14,368 bases of DNA, from the NCBI GenBank assembly GCA_048941265.1, contig JBHLNT010000103.1, forward strand, positions 1 to 14,368. The letters run 5' to 3'. Of the stretch, positions 6,468-14,368 are shown piece after piece. Below the pieces are notes generated by a model, which saw only the letters and a list, made by a program, of their open reading frames with translations, made no database searches and was not told where the DNA came from. The stretch's first letter is position 1. Each line of letters opens with the position of its first letter. Made by a program: the position numbers and the translations under genes. This DNA is from Promethearchaeota archaeon (GTDB taxonomy: Archaea; Asgardarchaeota; Lokiarchaeia; Sigyniarchaeales; SOKP01).

Positions 6468-7928
6468 TTATTTGATTGTAAGATTATGGAGGGAGGCTTT
6501 TAACACACTTTCAAATTTATCACAGATATAATCTGCATCCTGTTCCGTAATTACGAGTGGTGGTTTAATTTTAATCAAATTATACATTAAGATTTTTCCT
6601 GTTCCGCTTAAGTATGGCATGCTAGGTCCAAAGAAAATATTCTGTCTTACGGCCTCTATAAGCATTTCATTTAATAATCCTTTATGTGGCTCTCTGGAGT
6701 CTTGATTTTCAACTAATTCGACTCCAATAAAAAGTCCTGGACCACGAATATCTCCAATCACTTCATATTTCTCTTGGAGCTCTTTAAGTCTCTTCGTAAT
6801 TTGTTTGCCCCTCTCTTCACAGTTTTCATTTATTTTCCCTTTTTCAATGACTTTAAAGGCAGCCAGTCCAGCTGTTAAACCTATTGGTGTATTACAAAAT
6901 GTAGTATGATCTTCTGATGGGGTAAATCTCTTTTTAATATTTGGACTTGCGATCATGGCGCCTAATGGAAATCCTCCCCCGATAGCTTTGGTGAAGCACA
7001 TCATATCGGGAGAAAGATCAATTCCCAATTCTTTTTCATACTTTTCTGTGAGAGTGAAATATTTTCCTGTTCTCCATACTCCTGTTTGAGACTCATCATA
7101 AATAATGAGAATTTTTTCTTGATCGCACACTTCTCTTAACTTTACAAGAAACTCCGGAGGAAAAGGAACATGTCCGCCTGCGGCTTGGCAAACTTCTAAT
7201 ATCACTGCTGCAAGTTTTCTTGAGCTTAATCCCGTTAAATATTCCTTAACTAATTCAAAACACTCTAAATTACACTGAGGGTCTTTTTTACCATACAATC
7301 CATTTTTATAATTCCACATGCACCGGTAGCAGTAGGGTTGGGGCACTCTTACAAAAGAATCTATGCCGAAGGAGCGAAATCTTGTTATAGTATGAATAGG
7401 TTGAGAAGCAGTTAACATGGCTAAAGTATTTCCATGATATCCACCTCGGAATACGAGAATCTGATCTGCTCCTTTCCCGGCAATTAATGCAAGCTTTATG
7501 GCAGCTTCAATTGCTAAACTGCCACCAGAATTATTTATATGAACTCTACCACCTTTTATTCTTCCCGAGACTAATTCAGATAATTTATTTGTAAATTTAG
7601 CTCGTGCTGGTGAAATAACAGAGGATTTGACGTGAGTGAATCGCTTCATTTGTTCAGAAACCGCATAATTCACATCAGGATGAGCGAATCCTAATGCTAA
7701 AGTCCAATTTTGGGAGGTGCAATCAATTATCTCTGCTGTTTCTCCAGTTTTAAGATCTTTTGTAATTACCCAAGGAGAACCTGGTTCTTTAGCTTCAATT
7801 AATACTTTATCTTCATAATGAACATTTAAACAATGATCCTCAAATAATAATAATTCCTCTGGATTTACATCCGCAGAAATTCTACTTAATTCTTCTTTAC
7901 TTACAATTTTGGGCTCAAAATCCGCCAT
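6468..7928 (-). CDS. Class III PLP-dependent aminotransferase (GabT/ArgD-like superfamily)
   Basis: Motifs LGFAHPDV, FRGGYHGNT, LIIYDESQTGVWRTG, PDMMCFTKAIGGGFPLGA (PLP lysine) and GDIRGPGLFIGVELV. Confidence 0.95.
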   Translation of the reverse strand: MADFEPKIVSKEELSRISADVNPEELLLFEDHCLNVHYEDKVLIEAKEPGSPWVITKDLKTGETAEIIDCTSQNWTLALGFAHPDVNYAVSEQMKRFTHVKSSVISPARAKFTNKLSELVSGRIKGGRVHINNSGGSLAIEAAIKLALIAGKGADQILVFRGGYHGNTLAMLTASQPIHTITRFRSFGIDSFVRVPQPYCYRCMWNYKNGLYGKKDPQCNLECFELVKEYLTGLSSRKLAAVILEVCQAAGGHVPFPPEFLVKLREVCDQEKILIIYDESQTGVWRTGKYFTLTEKYEKELGIDLSPDMMCFTKAIGGGFPLGAMIASPNIKKRFTPSEDHTTFCNTPIGLTAGLAAFKVIEKGKINENCEERGKQITKRLKELQEKYEVIGDIRGPGLFIGVELVENQDSREPHKGLLNEMLIEAVRQNIFFGPSMPYLSGTGKILMYNLIKIKPPLVITEQDADYICDKFESVLKASLHNLTIK

Positions 7929-8023
7929 TTTAATTTCACATTTAATGTTTATTTTACTATAAATATTCGATAGATTTTATTCTTTCATCTTTACTAAAAT
8001 CACTTAAATTTCACTTAATTTTG

Positions 8024-8488
8024 TTAGAATTCTTTTATATTGCAATAATATTTCTCATTTTCAAAAATCACTTCCTTTTGTTTAATAAATCCATTTCGAA
8101 TCCAAAAGGTATTTGCGCCTAAATTTTTTACAAATGAATTTGCGATGATCGAAGAATGAATTCCTTGTTTTCGGCAGAACTCTATTGTAAAATTTAACAC
8201 TGTTTTACCGTAGCCAAGACGTCTAAATTTTGGTTTGATATAAAATTCCGCGATACTGTAATATTTTTCCTCTGCTCTTAAGAAACAAAATCCAATTAAC
8301 TCCTCATTTTTATGTGCTACAATAGGAAATCTCTGGGGATCTGTCCAATAATACTCAAAATATTTCTCTGATGCTATTTCTCCTTTAGGGCGTTCCTGAA
8401 ATTGCTCAAGTTCTTTGGAATAATCAATTAATGCTTTATAAATTTCATTCTTTTCTTCAAATGAAGCTAAATTAATTTTAAGAGACAT
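8024..8488 (-). CDS. GNAT family N-acetyltransferase
   Basis: Acetyl-CoA binding motif A IAEFYIKPKFRRLGYGK and motif B NLGANTFWIRNGF. Confidence 0.92.
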   Translation of the reverse strand: MSLKINLASFEEKNEIYKALIDYSKELEQFQERPKGEIASEKYFEYYWTDPQRFPIVAHKNEELIGFCFLRAEEKYYSIAEFYIKPKFRRLGYGKTVLNFTIEFCRKQGIHSSIIANSFVKNLGANTFWIRNGFIKQKEVIFENEKYYCNIKEF

Positions 8489-8544
8489 CTTAACTTATTT
8501 ATTATTTTATATCTTAGCAGAAAAACTTTCAATTTGAATAGTAT

Positions 8545-9687
8545 TCATGGAATAAGCTTGCTTCGAATATATTTTATTAGATCTCCCATCTTAGCATAAT
8601 AAACCTCATCATTTTTAGGGATTTGAGCCAATTTATCTAATTTCTTTTCAATAGTAGATGATAAACGCCCATATTGACTGCTAAAAGCTTCAACTCTTCT
8701 TTTTAAACTGAATTCTAATTTTTGATGCGGTGTTAAAATTAAATAATTGTCTATAGCCCGAAACATTTTATTCTTATCTTTTGGAAGATCTCCCCAAATT
8801 TCGATCAATAAATTGGCAGCAGAATCACTTGTAATTGTAGTATTACACTCAATATTTTCAATCAATAATCTTTCCTCTTTTATTACTTCCTCTTCATTTA
8901 ATTCTTCAAATTCGCCAGTTTTTACTTTATTATATAGAGGAGTACCGGGGAAAATCTCTAAGGTCCTTAATCGGACAAAATTTGGTTCAAGTTCATTAAT
9001 CACCCGAGCAGTCTCCAAAGCATGTTCAGTACTCCACCTTTTACCACCTAATCCGGGCATGACATACGTGCATAAGGATATTCCGCCATCTTTGATGTGT
9101 TGTCCTCCTATGATATGCTCTTCACTTGAAACTCCTTTATTTATGAATTTTAAAACATTATCGGAACCTGATTCTAACCCCACATGAATTCTGTCTAAGC
9201 CTGCTTGATTTAATACCTTGAAATAGGCAGAATCCTTCTTAGAAGCAGTTTTAGTTCTTCCATAACTAGTAATTCTTATAATTGATGGGAATGTTTCTTT
9301 TAGATAATATAAAATCTCTTTTAGAAAGGAACCCTTGTAAATAAGAGGATTAGCACCCCCTAAAAAAACCGTTGTTGCGTTAGTATAGAGATGCCAATAT
9401 ACAAGGTGCATTATGCAATCTCTTAAATTAGGATGTTTAGAACTTGCTTTGAACATAGTAGTTTGATTAATTTGACCGGACTTTAGAAGAAACTCATTTA
9501 GATAAGCCGCATTATCTATATCATTTTTTATTTCTTCTACTGTCCTTCTTCTAAATTTGATTGAACCATGAAATAAATTACTAGGACAAAACGCACACTT
9601 ACCCCATGGACAATAAAAATGAGTGCTTATTGATAAGCTAAAATTCTCCGTGGGCGGTCTTACTCTAGCAATTTGAAATTCTTCCAT
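8545..9687 (-). CDS. Radical SAM protein of uncharacterised type
   Basis: CxxxCxxC (CPWGKCAFC), VFLGGAN, RIHVGLESGSDNVL, YVMPGLGG and N-terminal VRPPTE. ATG at 9687 preferred over the alternative start at 9705. Confidence 0.93.
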   Translation of the reverse strand: MEEFQIARVRPPTENFSLSISTHFYCPWGKCAFCPSNLFHGSIKFRRRTVEEIKNDIDNAAYLNEFLLKSGQINQTTMFKASSKHPNLRDCIMHLVYWHLYTNATTVFLGGANPLIYKGSFLKEILYYLKETFPSIIRITSYGRTKTASKKDSAYFKVLNQAGLDRIHVGLESGSDNVLKFINKGVSSEEHIIGGQHIKDGGISLCTYVMPGLGGKRWSTEHALETARVINELEPNFVRLRTLEIFPGTPLYNKVKTGEFEELNEEEVIKEERLLIENIECNTTITSDSAANLLIEIWGDLPKDKNKMFRAIDNYLILTPHQKLEFSLKRRVEAFSSQYGRLSSTIEKKLDKLAQIPKNDEVYYAKMGDLIKYIRSKLIP

Positions 9688-9737
9688 CCTAAATCTAATT
9701 TCCAAAAATTTAAATTCATTAATATTTTAAATTTTTA

Positions 9738-10874
9738 CTACTCTAATTCCTTGTCTCTATGGGTTTTTTTCATATCCTCTTCGGTAATGTCATTATTTTT
9801 TGCGATTAACGCCAAGAGTGCATCAAGAGTGATATAAGTATTTAATTCAAATTGGGGGAAAAACGTCTTAGTCACCTTATGGATAGATTTATTATAATAA
9901 CTGACCATCTCAGGTCTGCCCTCAATTATTAAATTTCCTTGGTACTTACGATACCATTTATTAGTTCTTGCCAAACTTGATTCCTTGAATGATGTGATAG
10001 TAAACAATTTCATCCCAACATCTCCTGCCTGCTGCGCATATTTTAAGATTTGATCTGTTTCACCACTCCCGCTTATTAAAACTGCTAAATCCTCCTTTCT
10101 TCTACTTTTCCAATGACCTTCATATACAACGTGTAGATCTTTCAAACCCTCTTTATGCAAATGACCATACCTTATCGCTATTATTCGTGAGATAATCTCA
10201 TTTATCCCTGCACCTTTAAAATAAATCACTCGGTCATTGGAAATTTCTAAAAAATCATTTATTAAGGAAGCATAATTAGTAATTGGTTTTTCTTGTTTTT
10301 CAAGTTCCTGAAGATTAGAATACAACCCATCAATTAGATTAGTACAACTACTATTAAAAGCTTCCATTTTTTTGGATTTATTATAGGCATATCCCATACA
10401 CGAACATAAAACCGCGCTCGCTTGTTCGAATTCCGTTCCAAGAGGGGCATATTTACTTTCATGATTGATATCGCCCTTGATAAGAATTACGTTTTCAAAT
10501 TTCTCCTCCAGTTCAGGATTTCCTGTAATATAGATAACATTTAAGCCTTTTTTTAAGGCAAATTCCGCATCCTCAGTGGATTTGCCGATGCCTGATCGAG
10601 AATTTACTATGAATACATCTCCTCCTCTTAAAGGTCGTAGATTTGCATTGTTAACTTGATTAACCCGAATACCATACAAATTTTCTAATTCGTTAGCAAG
10701 TAATAAAGCACTTTGTAATGATCTACCAGCACCATCGATGGTTACTCTTTTATCTTGTTTTCCATTTTCTAAAATTTCTAAACACGTTTGCATGGTATTA
10801 TAATTAACGCTCTTTAAGGAATCCTCTATTCTTCTAACTAAGTATTTATATGTATCTCTAAAAAATGAGTCCAT
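9738..10874 (-). CDS. Tandem double SIS-domain protein, 6-phospho-3-hexuloisomerase (PHI/HxlB)-like
   Basis: Domain 1 has GAGRS, IVNSRSG and APLGTEFEQ. Domain 2 has GAGINE, LISGSGET, ITSFKESSLA, QFEL and a C-terminal MKKTHRDKELE. The protein is about twice the length of PHI. Confidence 0.8.
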   Translation of the reverse strand: MDSFFRDTYKYLVRRIEDSLKSVNYNTMQTCLEILENGKQDKRVTIDGAGRSLQSALLLANELENLYGIRVNQVNNANLRPLRGGDVFIVNSRSGIGKSTEDAEFALKKGLNVIYITGNPELEEKFENVILIKGDINHESKYAPLGTEFEQASAVLCSCMGYAYNKSKKMEAFNSSCTNLIDGLYSNLQELEKQEKPITNYASLINDFLEISNDRVIYFKGAGINEIISRIIAIRYGHLHKEGLKDLHVVYEGHWKSRRKEDLAVLISGSGETDQILKYAQQAGDVGMKLFTITSFKESSLARTNKWYRKYQGNLIIEGRPEMVSYYNKSIHKVTKTFFPQFELNTYITLDALLALIAKNNDITEEDMKKTHRDKELE

Positions 10875-10970
10875 TATTAGAAGTAAAATTTGATTGATTT
10901 AAAACTTTAATAAAACGAATCCCAGCATTACCAAGAGCAAGAAAATTAAGTTGTCATGTTCATTTAGAGT

Positions 10971-12158
10971 TTAAAATAAATTTAATGGGGGGACCATCTT
11001 TTTTAGATTTTGCATTGCTCTTTGGAGCGTTTCTTCTGATTTACAAAAGCAAAACCGGGTTTCATATTGTCCATTTTGAGGATCAGCATAAAAAGAAGAA
11101 CCAGGAACAGTTGCGATACCAATGTTTTTCACCATGTGTAAAGCTAAATCGTATGAATTTTGAAGATTATACCGCTCCATATAATCCTTACAATTCGCAA
11201 TAATATAATAAGCCCCATCTGGTTTTATTGGATTGAGTTCTGTTTGTAATAATGCGTTAAAGAGAAGATCTCTAGCTTTTTGATAAAAATCTGCGAGCCA
11301 TTTATAGTAATATTTACCCAGTGAAAGAGCAAATGCTGCAGCTTCTTGGAGGGGTGCTGGAGCCCCAACCGTTAGAAAATCATGAACTTTTTTAATTTCA
11401 TTGGTTATTCTTTCACTTGCTATAGCCCATCCAACTCTCCAGCCGGTCAGGGAGTAAGTTTTCGAAATAGAATTAATAGTTATTGAATTATTTTCCATAT
11501 CAGGCAAGGAAGCGATGGAAATATGTTTATGGTTATCAAATAAAATATGTTCATAAATCTCATCAGTAACTGCAATACAATCATAATTCAGGCATAAGTC
11601 TGAGATGAATTTCAATTCTTTATAACTAAATACCTTTCCAGTAGGATTATTGGGAGTATTTATAATTATCGCTTTAGTATTTTCATTAAAAAGTCGCTCA
11701 AGTTGCTCAAAATTGAAGTGCCAGTCAGGAGGATTTAACATTATATAACGAGGTTTAGCTCCAGATAGAAGACAGTCAGGTCCATAGTTTTCATAAAATG
11801 GTTCAAATATAATCACCTCATCACCGGGATTTATAATGGCTTTCATTGACGAGATCATTGCTTCTGTAGAACCACAAGTGACTGTGATATGTTTAGAAGG
11901 TTCAACAAATTGTATTTTATTATAATCGGCTAATTTTTCTGCAATAGCATTCCTTAGCGATTCAGAGCCCCAAGTGATAGCATACTGGTTTATATTCGCT
12001 CGAATTGCCTCAATTGCTACATTTTTAATAGGTTCAGGGGCTGAAAAATCTGGAAAACCTTGTGCTAGATTGATGCAACCCGGATGTGCGTTCGCTACGC
12101 GTGTCATTTCACGGATCACTGATTCTGCAAAAACTTTAGTGATTTTAGAAAGTTCCAT
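10971..12158 (-). CDS. Class I/II PLP-dependent aminotransferase (YbdL/kynurenine aminotransferase-like)
   Basis: Motifs INLAQGFPDF, NTPNNPTGKVF, DEIYEHI and SISKTYSLTGWRVGW. ATG at 12158 (MELSK...) preferred. Confidence 0.95.
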   Translation of the reverse strand: MELSKITKVFAESVIREMTRVANAHPGCINLAQGFPDFSAPEPIKNVAIEAIRANINQYAITWGSESLRNAIAEKLADYNKIQFVEPSKHITVTCGSTEAMISSMKAIINPGDEVIIFEPFYENYGPDCLLSGAKPRYIMLNPPDWHFNFEQLERLFNENTKAIIINTPNNPTGKVFSYKELKFISDLCLNYDCIAVTDEIYEHILFDNHKHISIASLPDMENNSITINSISKTYSLTGWRVGWAIASERITNEIKKVHDFLTVGAPAPLQEAAAFALSLGKYYYKWLADFYQKARDLLFNALLQTELNPIKPDGAYYIIANCKDYMERYNLQNSYDLALHMVKNIGIATVPGSSFYADPQNGQYETRFCFCKSEETLQRAMQNLKKMVPPLNLF

Positions 12159-12518
12159 GATATATTTTAAATTATTTCTAAGTTTAAAAAGCATTTTATA
12201 TGATGTATCGTGCTCTTAAAGCGTGAATGTATTGTAATATTTAGAAGTGATTTCTGTATATAATTGTGTAGAATAAAAAAAATAGATTTTTTTATAAGTA
12301 GATTTTAAATGTAATATGTAAGGTGATTTGGTATTAAAAAAGTAAACAAGGATAAAATCGAGTATTTTCTCGATCCTAAATTTTTAGAAGATTTAAGTTT
12401 AGTCGAGGTAAAATTAATTAAGGAAATTTTGGAGAAATAGCATACATCATGATGATATTTGGTGTATTTAAAACCAGTTTAGATTATTTTCAAATTCTTT
12501 TACCTAAAGTTATGTAAA

Positions 12519-12980
12519 ATGATCGAAAAAACTAAAATTATGATGTCCAAATTAGGTATCAAAGGAGAAATAATAGAACATCCCGATATTAATGGTACTC
12601 ACTCTGAATTCATTGCAAAAAAACTAGATATTCCCCTTGAAAATATAATAAAATGCTTGATATTAAAATCTAAAAAAGGTAATCTTTTATCTGTAATTAT
12701 TTTAGGAAATCAGCGGGTAGATCTAAAAATGTTAGAAAAAATATCACAAATGAAAAAATTTACTTTAGCATCTGAAAAACTAGTAAAAGAAAGTACTGGT
12801 TATCCTATTGGTGGCGTACCTCCTATTGCTGTTATAAATAAAATGCCTGTAATTGTGGATAAAGCTGTTATTAAAAAACAATTCGTCTTAGGCTCTGCGG
12901 GTACGCCATATCATGGATTAAAAATAGATCCTAAAATATTTACAAAATTTAATCTAATTTTTGCTGATATCCATGAATAA
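12519..12980 (+). CDS. YbaK/ProX (aminoacyl-tRNA deacylase, INS superfamily) protein
   Basis: Motifs IIKCLILK, TGYPIGGVPP, VIVD and SAG, and a typical length of 153 aa. Confidence 0.92.
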   Translation: MIEKTKIMMSKLGIKGEIIEHPDINGTHSEFIAKKLDIPLENIIKCLILKSKKGNLLSVIILGNQRVDLKMLEKISQMKKFTLASEKLVKESTGYPIGGVPPIAVINKMPVIVDKAVIKKQFVLGSAGTPYHGLKIDPKIFTKFNLIFADIHE

Positions 12981-13166
12981 AAGAATTATTTTTGAAAAAA
13001 GTTTGGTTCAAATATTTTTCAATCTTAATTTTTCAGTCTGTTACGCTTACTATTCATTTTTTTGAGAATCAGAGATATATTTTCCAAAATTTAAATCTAG
13101 TAAAAAAAAGTTTGGTTTTTTTAGGTAAATTTTGAATACATTACAAAAAGTTGATTTGAATGACGC

Positions 13167-14060
13167 ATGGCTATTAAAGCACAAAATAATATGGAAACTG
13201 AAGTCTGGGGAAATGTGGAGATTGTATGCCCTATTTGTCGCTCCAAAAAAATTATCAATATTCCTATGCGTATAATTGACGAGTCAAAACAATTGACCAG
13301 TTTACTGATTCCTTCTGGAAGAGTTTGTGATCATGCATTTGTACCATTTATTGATAAACATCTTAAAGTGAGAGGATATCAAAAATTAGATGTGTTATTA
13401 GATGAAATAGAACCCACAACCGAACTTATTTCAGAACTAAATCCTCAAGATATCGATTTATTTGAAATTAAGATGAATCTCAGACCTGAAATTATGATTT
13501 ATGCAATTCGAGGCAGCCTACTTAAGAAAAAAATTTTAATCATAATAGATAATGATTTAGAATTTCTTAAAGATACCTTATTTGATTTTTTCGATTATGC
13601 CTTTCAAAAATCTTTTGAAGCACATATTTTAATTCATACCAAAGAAACGTATAAGATTAGCAAAAAACACTATTCGGAATATTTAGTTCTAGAAGGTAAA
13701 GGGATAATTGGAAAGATGAAAAAATCGATAACTATCAATGAATTGAAGATAGAACAGGAAATTATTAAAGAATTTTTCAGAGAAAGTGATTCAAATTTAG
13801 GTTTAAAAAATTTAAGAGATAAGATAAGAGAAATTTATACTCTCTCTAATAAATTACTCGAATTTTATCATAAGCAAGGCATAGATCACCCACTACAAGC
13901 GAGAAAGGCAATACGATATTTAGAAGACACCCATTTTATAAAAATTAGTAAAGGCTATTTCAAATTTTTGGTAGAAGTTGTAAAGTATTACTTTAATACG
14001 AATATTATCTTGGTGCAAGATAAATTAGCTGAGAAAATAGATAATATGTGGGGATTATGA
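13167..14060 (+). CDS. Hypothetical protein: N-terminal zinc-ribbon (CPIC...CDH) plus a conserved C-terminal domain shared with 4725-5861
   Basis: 297-aa ORF with CPICRSKKIINIP...VCDHAFVPFID and a paralogous C-terminal region. Confidence 0.88.
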   Translation: MAIKAQNNMETEVWGNVEIVCPICRSKKIINIPMRIIDESKQLTSLLIPSGRVCDHAFVPFIDKHLKVRGYQKLDVLLDEIEPTTELISELNPQDIDLFEIKMNLRPEIMIYAIRGSLLKKKILIIIDNDLEFLKDTLFDFFDYAFQKSFEAHILIHTKETYKISKKHYSEYLVLEGKGIIGKMKKSITINELKIEQEIIKEFFRESDSNLGLKNLRDKIREIYTLSNKLLEFYHKQGIDHPLQARKAIRYLEDTHFIKISKGYFKFLVEVVKYYFNTNIILVQDKLAEKIDNMWGL

Positions 14061-14236
14061 GTAAAATCTCAAGGCTTTAAACCCGCGTTTTTTGTTATAA
14101 ATTATCAGCTATAAGAAGAGCTAATTTAAAACTTTATCCATAAAGTTTTAAATGAAAATTTTTATATGAGAAGTTAGAAACTCTAAAAAAAAACAATTAA
14201 ACTTCGAGCATCAATTCAGACAAAATTAAAAGGTAA

Positions 14237-14368
14237 ATGGTGAAGAGTCTAATCCTACAGAAAAAGAAAAAGATTTCTCTAACTGAGAAACGATCTTGTT
14301 TTATTTGTCGCGAAAAGTTCTACTATAATGAATTTAAAAACATTTATCGTTATTTAAGCTCGTTTAAT
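14237..14368 (+). CDS. Partial ORF truncated by the window end, CxxC-containing probable zinc-binding protein
   Basis: ATG at 14237 is open for 44 codons to the edge: MVKSLILQKKKKISLTEKRSCFICREKFYYNEFKNIYRYLSSFN. Confidence 0.55.
   Translation, partial: MVKSLILQKKKKISLTEKRSCFICREKFYYNEFKNIYRYLSSFN

Noticed and set aside
8747-9187. 146-aa ORF on plus
   Set aside because: Antisense shadow of the radical SAM gene.
8024-9687. Radical SAM plus GNAT read as a split Elp3
   Set aside because: No Elp3-specific motifs recognised. The standard CxxxCxxC and the short stand-alone GNAT fit other families.
10985-12219. Two plus-strand ORFs (72 and 81 aa)
   Set aside because: Antisense shadows of the class I aminotransferase.

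Overview
AT-rich archaeal window, most likely Asgard (Lokiarchaeia-like). That assignment is inferred from the 23S rRNA expansion segment and the protein families. It opens with the 3' end of a 23S rRNA carrying a ~200-nt multi-branched insertion at helix 98 (the ES39 position), with no 5S gene following. Next come a class II Fic gene preceded by a four-box operator-like array, an isovaleryl-type acyl-CoA dehydrogenase, two membrane proteins and an unannotated HEAT-repeat pseudogene. Two paralogous hypothetical proteins (4725-5861 and 13167-14060) share a C-terminal domain. Between them lie a ~210-250 nt structured non-coding element in front of a hidden 40-codon ORF, a five-gene minus-strand run (class I aminotransferase, tandem SIS/PHI-like protein, radical SAM, GNAT, class III aminotransferase) and a YbaK/ProX editing protein. 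A truncated CxxC ORF closes the window. The best candidate for an undescribed system is the structured RNA plus small ORF locus at 5933-6384. All pairings and translations were done by eye, and no database searches were run.
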